A stretch of DNA of 64,000 nt, from positions 4,586 through 68,585 of the forward strand of contig CAXIRU010000076.1 in NCBI GenBank assembly GCA_964031875.1. The letters run 5' to 3'. This DNA is from Acidovorax facilis. GTDB lineage: Bacteria; Pseudomonadota; Gammaproteobacteria; Burkholderiales; Burkholderiaceae_C. How positions within the stretch are numbered: the first letter of the stretch is position 1; each line of letters begins with the position of its first letter. A program made the translations under genes and the position numbers. Below, piece by piece: positions 43,300 to 52,767 of this stretch. Below the pieces are notes generated by a model. That model was not told where the DNA came from and did not search any database. It worked only from the letters and a program-made list of their open reading frames with translations.

Positions 43300-43437
43300 A
43301 TCTCTTTGCACCCAATTTGCTTCTATTTTGATAGCTGCTTGCGCTGGTACCTCAAGCGCTGGGGTCGGATTTGATGCATAAAAATGGGGTCACAGGCACT
43401 GCGAATACCATCCCCGGTGCCAAAAATTCCAAAAGTG

Positions 43438-43481
43438 TTTCTCATATTTGACAAAATAGCATTTTTGCAAATAATGAGAAA
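43438..43481 (+). promoter_or_regulatory. Sigma70 promoter overlapped by a palindromic operator
   Basis: TTGACA-N16-AATAAT within TTTCTCATATTTG...CAAATAATGAGAAA. Confidence 0.65.
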
Positions 43482-43485
43482 CACT

Positions 43486-43989
43486 ATGCCATCCACAACC
43501 CCTGTCACGCCAGAGCAATGCACCGCCCAATTGCAAGCGCTGGGCTCGCAGATTCGCGCCCAGCGCAAGGCGCTGCGGCTGAGCGCCACGGTGACGGCAG
43601 AGGCGGCAGGGCTGTCGCGGGTGACGCTGCACCGCATTGAGAAGGGCGAGCCCTCGGTCACCATGGGCGCGTGGTGCAACGCCATGGCGGCGCTGGGCAT
43701 GGGGCTGCAGGCCCAAGTGGGCACGCAGACACCGCCCGCCGCAGAGGCAGACCGCACGGGCTGGATTCCGGCGCGGGTGGCGCTGGCGGACTACCCGCAG
43801 CTGCGCGCATTGGCGTGGCAGGTGCACGGCACCGACACCCTCACCCCTGCCGAGGCGCTGGGCATTTACGAACGCAATGCGCGGCACCTGGACATGGCAG
43901 CCATGCCTGCCCACGAGCAGGCGTTGCTTGCGGCCTTGCGGCTGGCGCTGCAGCCCGCCGCTAACGCAGGGGCCAGCGATGCAGTTTGA
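43486..43989 (+). CDS. XRE-HTH protein (putative antitoxin)
   Basis: AEAAGLSRVTLHRIEKG; overlaps the downstream gene. Confidence 0.8.
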   Translation: MPSTTPVTPEQCTAQLQALGSQIRAQRKALRLSATVTAEAAGLSRVTLHRIEKGEPSVTMGAWCNAMAALGMGLQAQVGTQTPPAAEADRTGWIPARVALADYPQLRALAWQVHGTDTLTPAEALGIYERNARHLDMAAMPAHEQALLAALRLALQPAANAGASDAV

Positions 43990-44692
43990 GCGCCCGCACC
44001 ACCAGCGCATTGCGCATGTGCTGAGCGCGCTGAACGGCGAAACGCTTGTGCAGCATGGCTGTCTGTTTGGCGGCGGCACGTGCATTGCGCTGCGCTATGG
44101 CGAATACCGCGAGTCGGTCGATATTGATTTTTTGGTGTCGGATGCGGCGGGCTACCGAGAGTTGCGCCATTTGCTGACCGGCCCCAACGGACTGGCCGCT
44201 GTTAAGCACCAGCACGCCCCACCGCTGGTAGTGCTGCGCGAGATCCGGGCCGACCAGTACGGCATTCGCACCCAGGTGCAGATGGATGGGCAGGCGATCA
44301 AGCTGGAGATCGTGCGTGAGGCGCGCATCACTCTGGAAACACCAGCGCATGGTGACACCCTGTGCGGCCTGAGCACGCTGACAGCCCTCGACCTGGCGGC
44401 CTCAAAGCTGCTGGCCAACTCAGATCGGCAAGCCGATGACGGCGTTTTCAGCCGCGACGTGATCGACTTGGCCATGATGGAGCTGCCCCTGCCCGCCTTG
44501 CGCGCCGCGCTGGCGAAGGCCGCAGAAGCCTATGGCCCTTCGGTCGCGCGCGACCTGGGCAAAGCCATAGACCGGCTGCAAACCCGCACCGGCTGGCTGG
44601 AACGCTGCATGCAGGCCATGGCCATGCAGATGCCCAAGGCGGTGCTGTGGCAAAAGGTGCGGGCGTTGCGGCGCGTGGTGCCTGACGCTTGA
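43979..44692 (+). CDS. AbiEii/AbiGii-type nucleotidyltransferase toxin
   Basis: FGGGT.IAL..YRESVDIDF, KLEI, SKLLA..R..RDVIDL. Confidence 0.85.
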   Translation: MQFERPHHQRIAHVLSALNGETLVQHGCLFGGGTCIALRYGEYRESVDIDFLVSDAAGYRELRHLLTGPNGLAAVKHQHAPPLVVLREIRADQYGIRTQVQMDGQAIKLEIVREARITLETPAHGDTLCGLSTLTALDLAASKLLANSDRQADDGVFSRDVIDLAMMELPLPALRAALAKAAEAYGPSVARDLGKAIDRLQTRTGWLERCMQAMAMQMPKAVLWQKVRALRRVVPDA

Positions 44693-44853
44693 CATGGGCC
44701 TCCGAGATTCCGACACGCTGTAGCAGCTCGCGGAGCCATGCCTCTTTGAGCGCTCAGTTTCTGGCGCAGAATTGCTACATATTTAGTAGCTTCTAGCGCT
44801 TACCCATCAAGCGCTACAGGCCTATTTGGCACTAAAACGATCAGCCAACGGCG

Positions 44854-45846
44854 CTAACGCGCCTGTGCACACACAAACTCCACCGCCGCACACACCGCCG
44901 CCACCTGCGCCGCAATGCACTGCTCGGGTGTGGCGCGGGGGCTGTCGGGGTAGACCTCTGTCGTGGTGGTGTAGCGCGCGCCGCTGATGCCTGCGCACAG
45001 GCCCCACTGCTTCATCGGGTAGTGGATGACGCCGGGGGCCACCACGGGCGTGCCGATGATTTCGTTTTGGTCGTCTGCGGGCGCAATGTGCGTGACGCGG
45101 CCCACGGCTTCGATGAGGGCCTGCTGGAAGGCGGGTTGGGGGTTGTCGCTGTCGTCCACCAGGTAAAAGCCGTCGGGGATGCTGCCGGGTTCAAACGGCT
45201 TGCCGTCGCGCGCGGCCACGGCGGGGCGGTATTCGGATTCGTCGGTGTCGGTGGTTTCGTGCAGGTCGATGTGGGCGGCAAACTGGCCTTGCAGGGGGGC
45301 GATCAGCGCCAGCAGCGCGGCGGCCTCTTGCACGGGGGTGCCGGGGCGAAAGCTGCGGTTGGGGTCGATGGCGTCGTGGTTCCAGCGCTGGATGTGCTCC
45401 CAGCCCCAGGGGCTGACGCAGGGCGCTACCAGCCAGTTCACGCGGTCGGCATAGCGCTCGCCGTGCGCCTGCACAAATCGCAGTGCGCCCAGCACGCCAC
45501 TGGTTTCGTAGCCGTGCACGCCACCGGTGATAAGAATGGTGGGGCGGCCTGCGGCCCATTGGCGCGGGCGGATGGATTGCAGGGCATAGCGGTCGTCGGC
45601 GTAGGCCACCTCTCCGTAGCTGCGCACGTCAAAGCGATCGCGCAGGGCATCGACCACGGCCAGCACGTCGTGCGCGTAGCTGCGCTGGCGCACCTGGCGG
45701 GCGCGCCACTGGGCCAGCTCGGCCGGGCCCCAGGGCTGGCCCGGGGTGCCGATGGGGTACGAAGCGGGCGGGAAGGCCGGTGCGGATGTCGATGTGAATT
45801 CAGACGCGGGGGCGGTGCCGATGGCCGGTGCAGTGGATGGTGTCAT
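44854..45846 (-). CDS. M14 family metallocarboxypeptidase
   Basis: GGVHGYE, DPNRSF, HIDLHE, TTEVY. Confidence 0.88.
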   Translation of the reverse strand: MTPSTAPAIGTAPASEFTSTSAPAFPPASYPIGTPGQPWGPAELAQWRARQVRQRSYAHDVLAVVDALRDRFDVRSYGEVAYADDRYALQSIRPRQWAAGRPTILITGGVHGYETSGVLGALRFVQAHGERYADRVNWLVAPCVSPWGWEHIQRWNHDAIDPNRSFRPGTPVQEAAALLALIAPLQGQFAAHIDLHETTDTDESEYRPAVAARDGKPFEPGSIPDGFYLVDDSDNPQPAFQQALIEAVGRVTHIAPADDQNEIIGTPVVAPGVIHYPMKQWGLCAGISGARYTTTTEVYPDSPRATPEQCIAAQVAAVCAAVEFVCAQAR

Positions 45847-46141
45847 GGTGCAAAGGGTGCAAAGGGTGCAGAAATCAGAGGCTCCCAGGTGGCAGGCGGC
45901 AGCAGCGGGCTGCGGTGGGGCGCCCGTGCACAGATTGTGCCGGGCATGGTGGGCTCAACGGGTTGTGGGGGGGTACGCACACAGGCCCTGGCGCTGCGGC
46001 GTGGGGGATGCCGGGCCAGCGGGCCGGAGTATTGCCTTGCCCCGCAAGGCCTTTGCCAGGCCAGCCTATGATTCGGCCCGATTGCGCCTGCGCTGCTGTG
46101 GGTGCCAACCAGCTCGGCACAACGAGCCAACAAGGGATTTC

Positions 46142-46672
46142 ATGGACAAGATTCTTTCGAGCGTGGGCTCGCTGCTGTACCGCATGCGCTTCACCATGCT
46201 GTTTTTTTACGTGGGGCTGGTGGCCATCATCTTCGGCATTCTGGGCAAGTTCTTGCTGGAGACCTTCAAGCTCATGCAGACGCTGCTGCTGGGCGACCTG
46301 GAGAAGATTGATCTGATCATCAAGGTGCTGGAGCTGGTGGACATGACCATGGTGGCCCAGCTGGTGTGGGTGGTGGCGCTGGCCGGGGTGTCGCTGTTTG
46401 TGACCACCGGGCACTTTGACAAGACCGACATGAAAAAGCCCGACTGGCTGGACCATGTGAACACCTACAACCTCAAGCTCAAGCTGGCGTTTGCCATCAT
46501 CTCCATCTCGGGCGTGCATGCGCTCAAGACCTACCTGAGCGGCGATCTGTCGCTGGAGAGCGTGAAGATCGTCACCTACATCGCCATCATCCACTTCACC
46601 TTTGTGCTGTCGGCCATCGGCATTTCGTTTGCTGAACGGCTCACGCGCGAGAAGGCGCACGGCGAGCACTGA
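46142..46672 (+). CDS. YqhA/UPF0114 membrane protein
   Basis: TM helices; VLELVD, LKLKL..AI..IS.VH.L. Confidence 0.8.
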   Translation: MDKILSSVGSLLYRMRFTMLFFYVGLVAIIFGILGKFLLETFKLMQTLLLGDLEKIDLIIKVLELVDMTMVAQLVWVVALAGVSLFVTTGHFDKTDMKKPDWLDHVNTYNLKLKLAFAIISISGVHALKTYLSGDLSLESVKIVTYIAIIHFTFVLSAIGISFAERLTREKAHGEH

Positions 46673-46722
46673 GACCTTGTGAACAAAGCCGCCGCGCCCA
46701 CCCACCCGCGTCCAACTTGCGC

Positions 46723-47049
46723 ATGGCCCGCCGTCCCCACCACCATGTGTACGTCGTCGAGCTGTCGAAAGACGTGCTGCGGGAGCCGCGCTTTCGCCGC
46801 TGCAACCCTGGCTACATCGAGGGCAAGCCCTGCGTGTATGTGGGCATGACGGGCCTGGACCCGGATGTGCGGTTTGACAAGCACAAGGCGGGCATCCAGG
46901 CCAACCGGTTCGTGACGCAGTACGGCCTGCGGCTGCTGCCCGACCTGTACGAAGGCTTCAACCCCATGACTTACGAAGAGGCGGTGGACCGGGAAATCGA
47001 GATCGGCATCGACCTGCGCTCAGCGGGCTTTGGGGTGTGGCAGGCGTAA
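46723..47049 (+). CDS. Small GIY-YIG-like protein
   Basis: VYVVEL...VYVGMTG..P..RF..H..G; C-terminal Glu. Confidence 0.65.
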   Translation: MARRPHHHVYVVELSKDVLREPRFRRCNPGYIEGKPCVYVGMTGLDPDVRFDKHKAGIQANRFVTQYGLRLLPDLYEGFNPMTYEEAVDREIEIGIDLRSAGFGVWQA

Positions 47050-47160
47050 GGTGTGCGGCACAGGCTGTGCCAGCGCCACCCTAAAATTACTATACTTTTT
47101 ATAGCTGTTAACGCTTATCTATCAAGAGCTAGCGGCCATTTTTATTCATATTTTTTGACC

Positions 47161-47490
47161 ATGACAACCCCCATGAACTTCGCAGACCGCCTCAAGCAGC
47201 TCCCCTCTGCCAGCCACCTCGCCGCCTTGCACCTGCTGGGCGCAGACGGCCAGGTGCTGGCCACCATCGAAAACAAGCCCGGCCAGGGCGGATCGCTGGT
47301 GGTGTATGCCGCGCTGGGGGCGCTGTACGGCGGCCGCATCACGCCCGCAGCCGCCAGCCTGGGGCTGGAGTGGTATGCCGAGCATGTGGCCGATGCGCGG
47401 GCCTTCCCCGGCAAGCACCCCAACATCGACCGGCTGCTGGCCTGGGCGCAGGGCAGCGAGAGCTTTGCGGTGCAGACGGTGGCCGCCTGA
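47161..47490 (+). CDS. DUF2322 family protein
   Basis: IENKPGQ.GS, AEH..DAR..PGKHPNIDRL. Confidence 0.8.
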   Translation: MTTPMNFADRLKQLPSASHLAALHLLGADGQVLATIENKPGQGGSLVVYAALGALYGGRITPAAASLGLEWYAEHVADARAFPGKHPNIDRLLAWAQGSESFAVQTVAA

Positions 47491-47716
47491 CACAACGCTC
47501 GCTGCGCCTAAAAAACACGAGGCCGCAAGCTCCTGGGAACCAAGACACTTGGGACCCCGCACCGTGTTGTGTGGCAGTTGCCAGGGCCCCAAGCTGTGAC
47601 AGACGCTGGACCTGGCGGGCTCCACCCTGTCTGGCACAGCCCTGCAAGGGGGCGCATGCCATGCAGAAAGGGTTATCCTGCGCGCCCCGATTGATTGCAC
47701 AGACAAGGACCCAGCC

Positions 47717-47965
47717 ATGAAAAAACTCAACGTCACCATCCAGCTCGAAATGACCGTCCCCGACGACTGGACCCTGGTCGAAACCTCGGAGGGCACACCG
47801 GTGATCCAGATGGCCGACGGCAAGTTTCTGGACATCGCCATCGAGCCGCTGTTTGCCACCGACCCCGAAGACATGTGGAGCAGCACCGACAGCGAGGAAG
47901 AACTCCATGAAGTGCTGGACATGGTCGAGACCGAAGCCGTGACCTACGAGTTTGTGACGCACTGA
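47717..47965 (+). CDS. Acidic hypothetical protein
   Basis: AGGA RBS; host-like codon usage. Confidence 0.7.
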   Translation: MKKLNVTIQLEMTVPDDWTLVETSEGTPVIQMADGKFLDIAIEPLFATDPEDMWSSTDSEEELHEVLDMVETEAVTYEFVTH

Positions 47966-48111
47966 CCCCTGCCGGGCCACCAGCACAGCAGCACGGCAGC
48001 CCGCCAAACCACCGGCCAGCTCCCAGCCACGCCGCTGGTGCACACCCTGCTGGGCGGCCCGCCCCGCCTGCCCACATCCCCACTCCTGTCACAGCCGCTG
48101 CCGCAGCGCTT

Positions 48112-49086
48112 GTGCCACGAAGGCCCTCAGCCCTCCTCCCTGCCCTGCCTGTGCCAGCCTTTTGCACCCACCCCACTCCCCCTGCATCCACCCTGACCCG
48201 CCGCGCCGCACTGGCCAGCGCGGGTGGCCTGCTGCTGGCGCCCACCATGGGCCTGCACGCCAAGCCGCAGCCTGCATCCACCACCAAGCCCCCTGCAGCC
48301 CCTGCCGTGTGGCCCCAGGCGCTGCAGGTGCCGGGTGGCGTGGCCCGGCTGTCACTGGGCCCCGCCGCCACCCGGCCCCGGGCCCTGGTGCGCCAGGGCG
48401 AGGTGGATGTGCCGGTGCTGGTGGTGGGCGATGTGATCGAGTGGACGGCCATAGTGGGCATCCCGCTGGCGGCGGTGCCGGGCGATGCGTTCATCACCGC
48501 GCTGACCGAAGGCGGCAGCCCGCGCACGGCGCACTACACCGTGGTGCCCAAACAGTACAAGGAGCAGCACCTGAAGGTATCGCCCCGCACGGTAGACCTC
48601 TCGCCCGAAGACCAGGCCCGCTACGAGCGCGAGCGCGACCACAAGGCGGGCGTGATGGCCGCCTTCACCGAGCAGCCCGCTGGCGTGGCCCTGCCATCGC
48701 TGCGCATGCGCGTGCCGGTGCCGGGGCGGCGCTCCAGCTCGTTCGGGCTGCGGCGCGTGTTCAACGGCCAGCCGCGCAATCCGCACAGCGGCATGGACAT
48801 CGCCGCCGCCACGGGCACGCCCATCGTCGCGCCGCTGCCGGGCCGGGTGATCGACGTGGGTGACTACTTCTTCAACGGCGGCACGGTGTGGCTGGACCAC
48901 GGCCAGGGCCTGCTGAGCATGTACTGCCACCTGAGCCGCATGGACGTGCGCGTGGGCGACGTGCTGCAGGCGGGCGACACGTTCTGCCAGGTGGGCGCCA
49001 CCGGCCGGGTGACCGGGCCGCACCTGCACTGGGGCGTGATGCTCAACCGCACCATGGTGGACCCGGCGCTGTTCATCCCAGCATGA
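48112..49086 (+). CDS. M23 family peptidoglycan DD-metalloendopeptidase (start uncertain)
   Basis: HSGMD, YCHL, TGPHLHW; Tat-like RRAAL. Confidence 0.88.
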   Translation: MPRRPSALLPALPVPAFCTHPTPPASTLTRRAALASAGGLLLAPTMGLHAKPQPASTTKPPAAPAVWPQALQVPGGVARLSLGPAATRPRALVRQGEVDVPVLVVGDVIEWTAIVGIPLAAVPGDAFITALTEGGSPRTAHYTVVPKQYKEQHLKVSPRTVDLSPEDQARYERERDHKAGVMAAFTEQPAGVALPSLRMRVPVPGRRSSSFGLRRVFNGQPRNPHSGMDIAAATGTPIVAPLPGRVIDVGDYFFNGGTVWLDHGQGLLSMYCHLSRMDVRVGDVLQAGDTFCQVGATGRVTGPHLHWGVMLNRTMVDPALFIPA

Positions 49087-49169
49087 CTATTATTTTGATA
49101 GCTACTCGCGCTTGATAGATAAGCGCTAGCGGCCAAATTCACTCAAAACCATACGCCTCGCGTGCCCGC

Positions 49170-49796
49170 ATGACCTCGCGCCTGATCCGCTTTAACAAAC
49201 CCTATGGCGTGCTGAGCCAGTTCACGGCCGAGGGCAAGTGGCAGGGGCTGAAGGACTACATCGCCCTGCCCGGCGTGTACGTGGCCGGGCGCCTGGACGC
49301 CGACAGCGAAGGCCTGCTGCTGCTGACCAACGACGGCCCGCTGCAGGCCCGCATTGCCGACCCGCGCTTCAAGATGGAGAAGACCTACTGGGTGCAGGTG
49401 GAGGGCATCCCGGATGAAGCCGCGCTGGCCACACTGCGCAGCGGCGTGGTGCTGAACGACGGCCCCACCCTGCCCGCCCGCGCGCGGCTGCTGGAGCCCG
49501 CGCCCGCCGTGTGGGACCGCACCCCGCCCATCCGCGAGCGCAAAAACATTCCCACCGCGTGGATCGAACTCACCATCCGCGAAGGCCGCAACCGCCAGGT
49601 GCGCCGCATGACCGCCGCCGTGGGCCACCCCACGCTGCGGCTGATCCGCGCGGCCATCGGGTCGTACACGCTCGATGGGCTGGCGCCGGGGACCTGGGCG
49701 GATGTGGACGTGGGGAGCTACGCTGCTACGGCGCCCGTGCGCGGCGAGAACACGGGGCCGCGTGCGCGAAGGAACGTGCGCAGGCCATCGGGGTAA
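49170..49796 (+). CDS. rluE: rRNA pseudouridine synthase E
   Basis: [31 protein letters not shown]. Confidence 0.88.
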   Translation: MTSRLIRFNKPYGVLSQFTAEGKWQGLKDYIALPGVYVAGRLDADSEGLLLLTNDGPLQARIADPRFKMEKTYWVQVEGIPDEAALATLRSGVVLNDGPTLPARARLLEPAPAVWDRTPPIRERKNIPTAWIELTIREGRNRQVRRMTAAVGHPTLRLIRAAIGSYTLDGLAPGTWADVDVGSYAATAPVRGENTGPRARRNVRRPSG

Positions 49797-49809
49797 TCGC
49801 AATCATGGC

Positions 49810-50058
49810 TATCTGGTGCAGCACGTCGAGGCCTCAACGCTTCTCAGGAGCCCTGCACCATACAGTCGATAAAGCAGTGATTGTTTTGAGTATTCAAGTT
49901 CATCTGCTGGGGCCCCGGAGCCGACGGTGGGCATCCCTTCCCAAAAACGGCCATCGATTCAAACCCCATGGATCGGCGCCCACAGCAGACAGTAGGCGAG
50001 CTCGGCGGGGTGTAGAGGCACGCTATAGTTTGGCGACTTACCGCTTGCCGGGTTTCAC
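49810..50058 (-). pseudogene. intI: Probable heavily decayed integron integrase remnant
   Basis: Divergent from the array right after the LexA box; fragments GTG-KPG, NYSV, ELAY..LW and LYGAGL resemble the IntI N-terminus and box I in the expected order. Recognised by eye only. Confidence 0.35.
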
Positions 50059-50071
50059 GGAATTTTTATAC

Positions 50072-50087
50072 CTGTGCTTTTGAACAG
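50072..50087. promoter_or_regulatory. LexA (SOS) box
   Basis: CTGT-GCTTTTGA-ACAG (CTGT-N8-ACAG), followed on the minus strand by TATAAA. Confidence 0.7.
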
Positions 50088-50174
50088 TGCATTCACCGCA
50101 AGCCCAAGCTGCAAGCCGCTTTCAGGAGGATTCAGTGTCCAGAATATCCCGCACGATCCAGTTTATTCCGCAGG

Positions 50175-50199
50175 TTTTGCGGTCTAAATTACGTTGAAC
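50175..50199 (+). other. attI-like recombination site
   Basis: GGTCTAA-ATTAC-GTTGAAC (L box / spacer / GTTRRRY) at the head of the array. Confidence 0.5.
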
Positions 50200-50336
50200 T
50201 AAACCGCTGACGCGGTGGCTCGGCAAGCGCTGCGGGCCACCGCGTTTTGCCTTGTTCGGTTGTGAGCTTGCACAAGGCTGTAGAAGGCTCAGCCTTCGGG
50301 TTGGGGACTCTTCCCCGGCCTTCAAGGAGAGCAGTC

Positions 50337-51197
50337 ATGACCGAACTACGGCAACGCATGATCGATGCGATGGCAGTGCGCGGATTCGCCCAGCGCACGC
50401 AGCAGGCTTACGTCCAAGCCATCTGGCGCATGGCCAAGCACTACCGGCGCGACCCGGCCAGCTACACCCCCCAGCAAGTGCAGGAGTACCTGCTGACCAT
50501 GGTGCGCGAACAACGTCTGTCCTACAGCACCATGAACCAGGCCGCCTGCGCGGCACGCTTCCTGTTCGAGACCGTGCTGGGCAGATCGCGCCAAGACTTC
50601 CTCGTCCCCATGGCCAAGGTGCCCCAGCGCCAACCCGAACTGCTCGGGCGCAGCGAGATCGCGCAGCTCTTGCTCGGCTGCAGCCACCCGCGCCAACGCA
50701 TGCTGCTGCAAACCGTCTACGCCGCAGGCCTGCGCGTCTCGGAGGTCTGCGCATTGGAGCTGCGTGACATCGACAGCGCGGCCGACCGCATGTGCATACG
50801 CGTACGCGGCGGCAAGGGAGGGCACGACCGCCAGAGCATCCTCAGCCCCACACTGCTGTCAATGCTGCGCGAGCACGTGCGCTGCGTGCGACCCCAGCGT
50901 TGGCTGTTTGGCGACACCACTGGCCGCCAGCCCATCTCCGTGGACAGCGCCCAGCGCGCCTACCACCGCGCACGGCAAAATGCCCGCATCACCAAGAGCG
51001 GCGGCATCCACACCCTGCGCCACTGCTTTGCCACCCACCTGCTGGAAGGTGGCGTGGACCTGTTCACCATCAGCAAACTGCTGGGCCACAGCCACATCAG
51101 CACCACCGCACGCTACCTGCACCTGGTCAGCCCGCAGGTGCGTGCACCCAAGGACACCGATCCGCTGGATTTGCTGGCGGCGCTGCGACTTTCCTGA
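50337..51197 (+). CDS. Tyrosine recombinase with SAM-like N-terminus (IS91-associated)
   Basis: GLRVSE, GKGG, HTLRHCFATHLL, LGH, TTARY; 286 aa, no IntI-specific insertion. Confidence 0.93.
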   Translation: MTELRQRMIDAMAVRGFAQRTQQAYVQAIWRMAKHYRRDPASYTPQQVQEYLLTMVREQRLSYSTMNQAACAARFLFETVLGRSRQDFLVPMAKVPQRQPELLGRSEIAQLLLGCSHPRQRMLLQTVYAAGLRVSEVCALELRDIDSAADRMCIRVRGGKGGHDRQSILSPTLLSMLREHVRCVRPQRWLFGDTTGRQPISVDSAQRAYHRARQNARITKSGGIHTLRHCFATHLLEGGVDLFTISKLLGHSHISTTARYLHLVSPQVRAPKDTDPLDLLAALRLS

Positions 51198-51225
51198 CAC
51201 TGTCCGCAGCACTGATTGAGCCGCC

Positions 51226-52413
51226 ATGGCCACACTGGCCCAGGCCCTGCACCGCCATGGCCCGACGTATCTGGCAAGCCACACCCTGAGCGGGTCACAG
51301 GCCAAGGCCTGGCGGGCCATCATTGCCTGCCGCACGAAAGCCCTGGGCGGCGAGCAACTGGGCTGCGACACCTGCGGCCACAGCCACTGGCAATACCACT
51401 CCTGCCGCAACCGCCACTGCCCGCAATGCGGCGCCCGCGCCAAGGACGCCTGGTTGCAAGGACGGCTGGCCGAACTGCTCAACGTGCCCTACGTACACCT
51501 GGTGTTCACGCTGCCGCACAGCCTGAACGCGCTGTACGGCGCGCACCCGCGCTGGGTCATCGACACCCTGTTCGCCAGCACCGCCCAGACACTCAGCGAC
51601 TTCAGCGGCAATGCGCGCTGGATGGGCGTAGCTGGCGGCACACCCGCCTTCAGCCTGGTGCTGCACACCTGGACGCAGGATCTGCGCCGACACATCCACG
51701 TGCATGGGGTGATGGCCAGCGGCGTGCTGCTCGATGGGCGCTGGCATGCGCCCAGCCGCAAGCCAGACTTCCTGTTCCCGGTACAGGCGCTATCCAAAGC
51801 GTTCAGGGGCAAGTTCCTGCAGGCCTTGGGCGATGCCCGCCGCAGCGGGCAAATCGACGCAGACCCCCAAGGCGACGCGAGCGCCTGGCGCGAACGCCAG
51901 CGGGCGCTGTACCACCACAACTGGGTGGTCTACGCCAAGGCCCCGCTGGGCGGCCCGGCGCAGGCCCTGGAGTACCTCAGCCGCTACACGCATCGCACGG
52001 CCATTGGCAACGAACGCATCCGCGCCGTCGCGGGCGATGAGGTCATCTTTACCGTCCGCGCCGATGACCAGGGCGGAAAAAAGACAATCCGCTTGCAAGG
52101 CGCCGAGTTCGTGCGCCGCGTGCTGCTGCATGTGCTGCCCACCGGCATCAAGCGCATACGCCACTACGGCGTGCTGGCGCCCGCTTGCAAGGGCAAGAAG
52201 CTGGATGCGGCGCGCCGGGACCTGCAAATGCCCGAGCCCCCTCCGCAAGCCATTGAATCAGCGCGCGAGTTCCTGCGGCGTGTGGCGCGTATCGATGCAC
52301 TGAAGTGCCCGTGTTGCAAAGTGGGAACGTTGCACTGCGTGCAGACCGTGGCAGCGCCCCAGTGGCTGCCAGCGCCCGGTGCGCTCATGCCGAACAGCCG
52401 TGGCCCACCATGA
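51226..52413 (+). CDS. IS91 family rolling-circle (HUH Y2) transposase
   Basis: Zn-binding SCRNRHCPQC, HLVFTLP, HTW..HIHVH, YLSRY, RIRHYG. Confidence 0.93.
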   Translation: MATLAQALHRHGPTYLASHTLSGSQAKAWRAIIACRTKALGGEQLGCDTCGHSHWQYHSCRNRHCPQCGARAKDAWLQGRLAELLNVPYVHLVFTLPHSLNALYGAHPRWVIDTLFASTAQTLSDFSGNARWMGVAGGTPAFSLVLHTWTQDLRRHIHVHGVMASGVLLDGRWHAPSRKPDFLFPVQALSKAFRGKFLQALGDARRSGQIDADPQGDASAWRERQRALYHHNWVVYAKAPLGGPAQALEYLSRYTHRTAIGNERIRAVAGDEVIFTVRADDQGGKKTIRLQGAEFVRRVLLHVLPTGIKRIRHYGVLAPACKGKKLDAARRDLQMPEPPPQAIESAREFLRRVARIDALKCPCCKVGTLHCVQTVAAPQWLPAPGALMPNSRGPP

Positions 52414-52677
52414 AACGGGAAGGATCGCCAAAGGACACATCGCCGCTGCTTGGTGCGCAGTGGTGCGGGCTTTGCTCGCTCTGGATACCGCGCGCGAGGT
52501 GGCGGCAAGCCCGTTGGGCGCGGGCTACCCGCCCACGCCTTGCCTGCAAAGCGCTATTGCGCAAAAGCTGCCCGCCATACCTAGGGGCGTTGCGCATAAT
52601 GCTGGCAGTCATGCAAGGCTGACTGCCGAGCATTCCCCTATCACGTGTGACCGCCTTGCCCTGTGGGCCGCGGTTTA

Positions 52678-52763
52678 CTCCAACGAGGTTTATCTGACGA
52701 TATGAATGCCGGTGTGCTTTGCTTGCAGCTTGTCTCGCGTCAGATAAACGCTAATCGTTAGGC
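52678..52763 (+). other. attC-like site 1
   Basis: CTCCAAC..GTTTATCTGACG...CGTCAGATAAAC..GTTAGGC. Confidence 0.7.
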
Positions 52764-52767
52764 ACAC

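Larger units (their letters stand above)
50193..52757 (+). mobile_element. Tyrosine recombinase + IS91-like transposase unit bounded as an integron cassette
   Basis: Begins GTTGAACTAAACCGC; ends GCGGTTTACTCCAAC (13/15 inverted match) followed by an attC-like hairpin. Confidence 0.8.

Noticed and set aside
50079-50199. attC site left of the recombinase
   Set aside because: Only a weak inverted repeat (ACCGCAA/TTGCGGT) and a poor R''; the segment overlaps a LexA box, so attI is the better reading, though attC is not excluded.
50337-51197. Calling the recombinase an integron integrase (intI)
   Set aside because: It is co-oriented with the array, coupled to an IS91 transposase and lacks the IntI-specific insertion.
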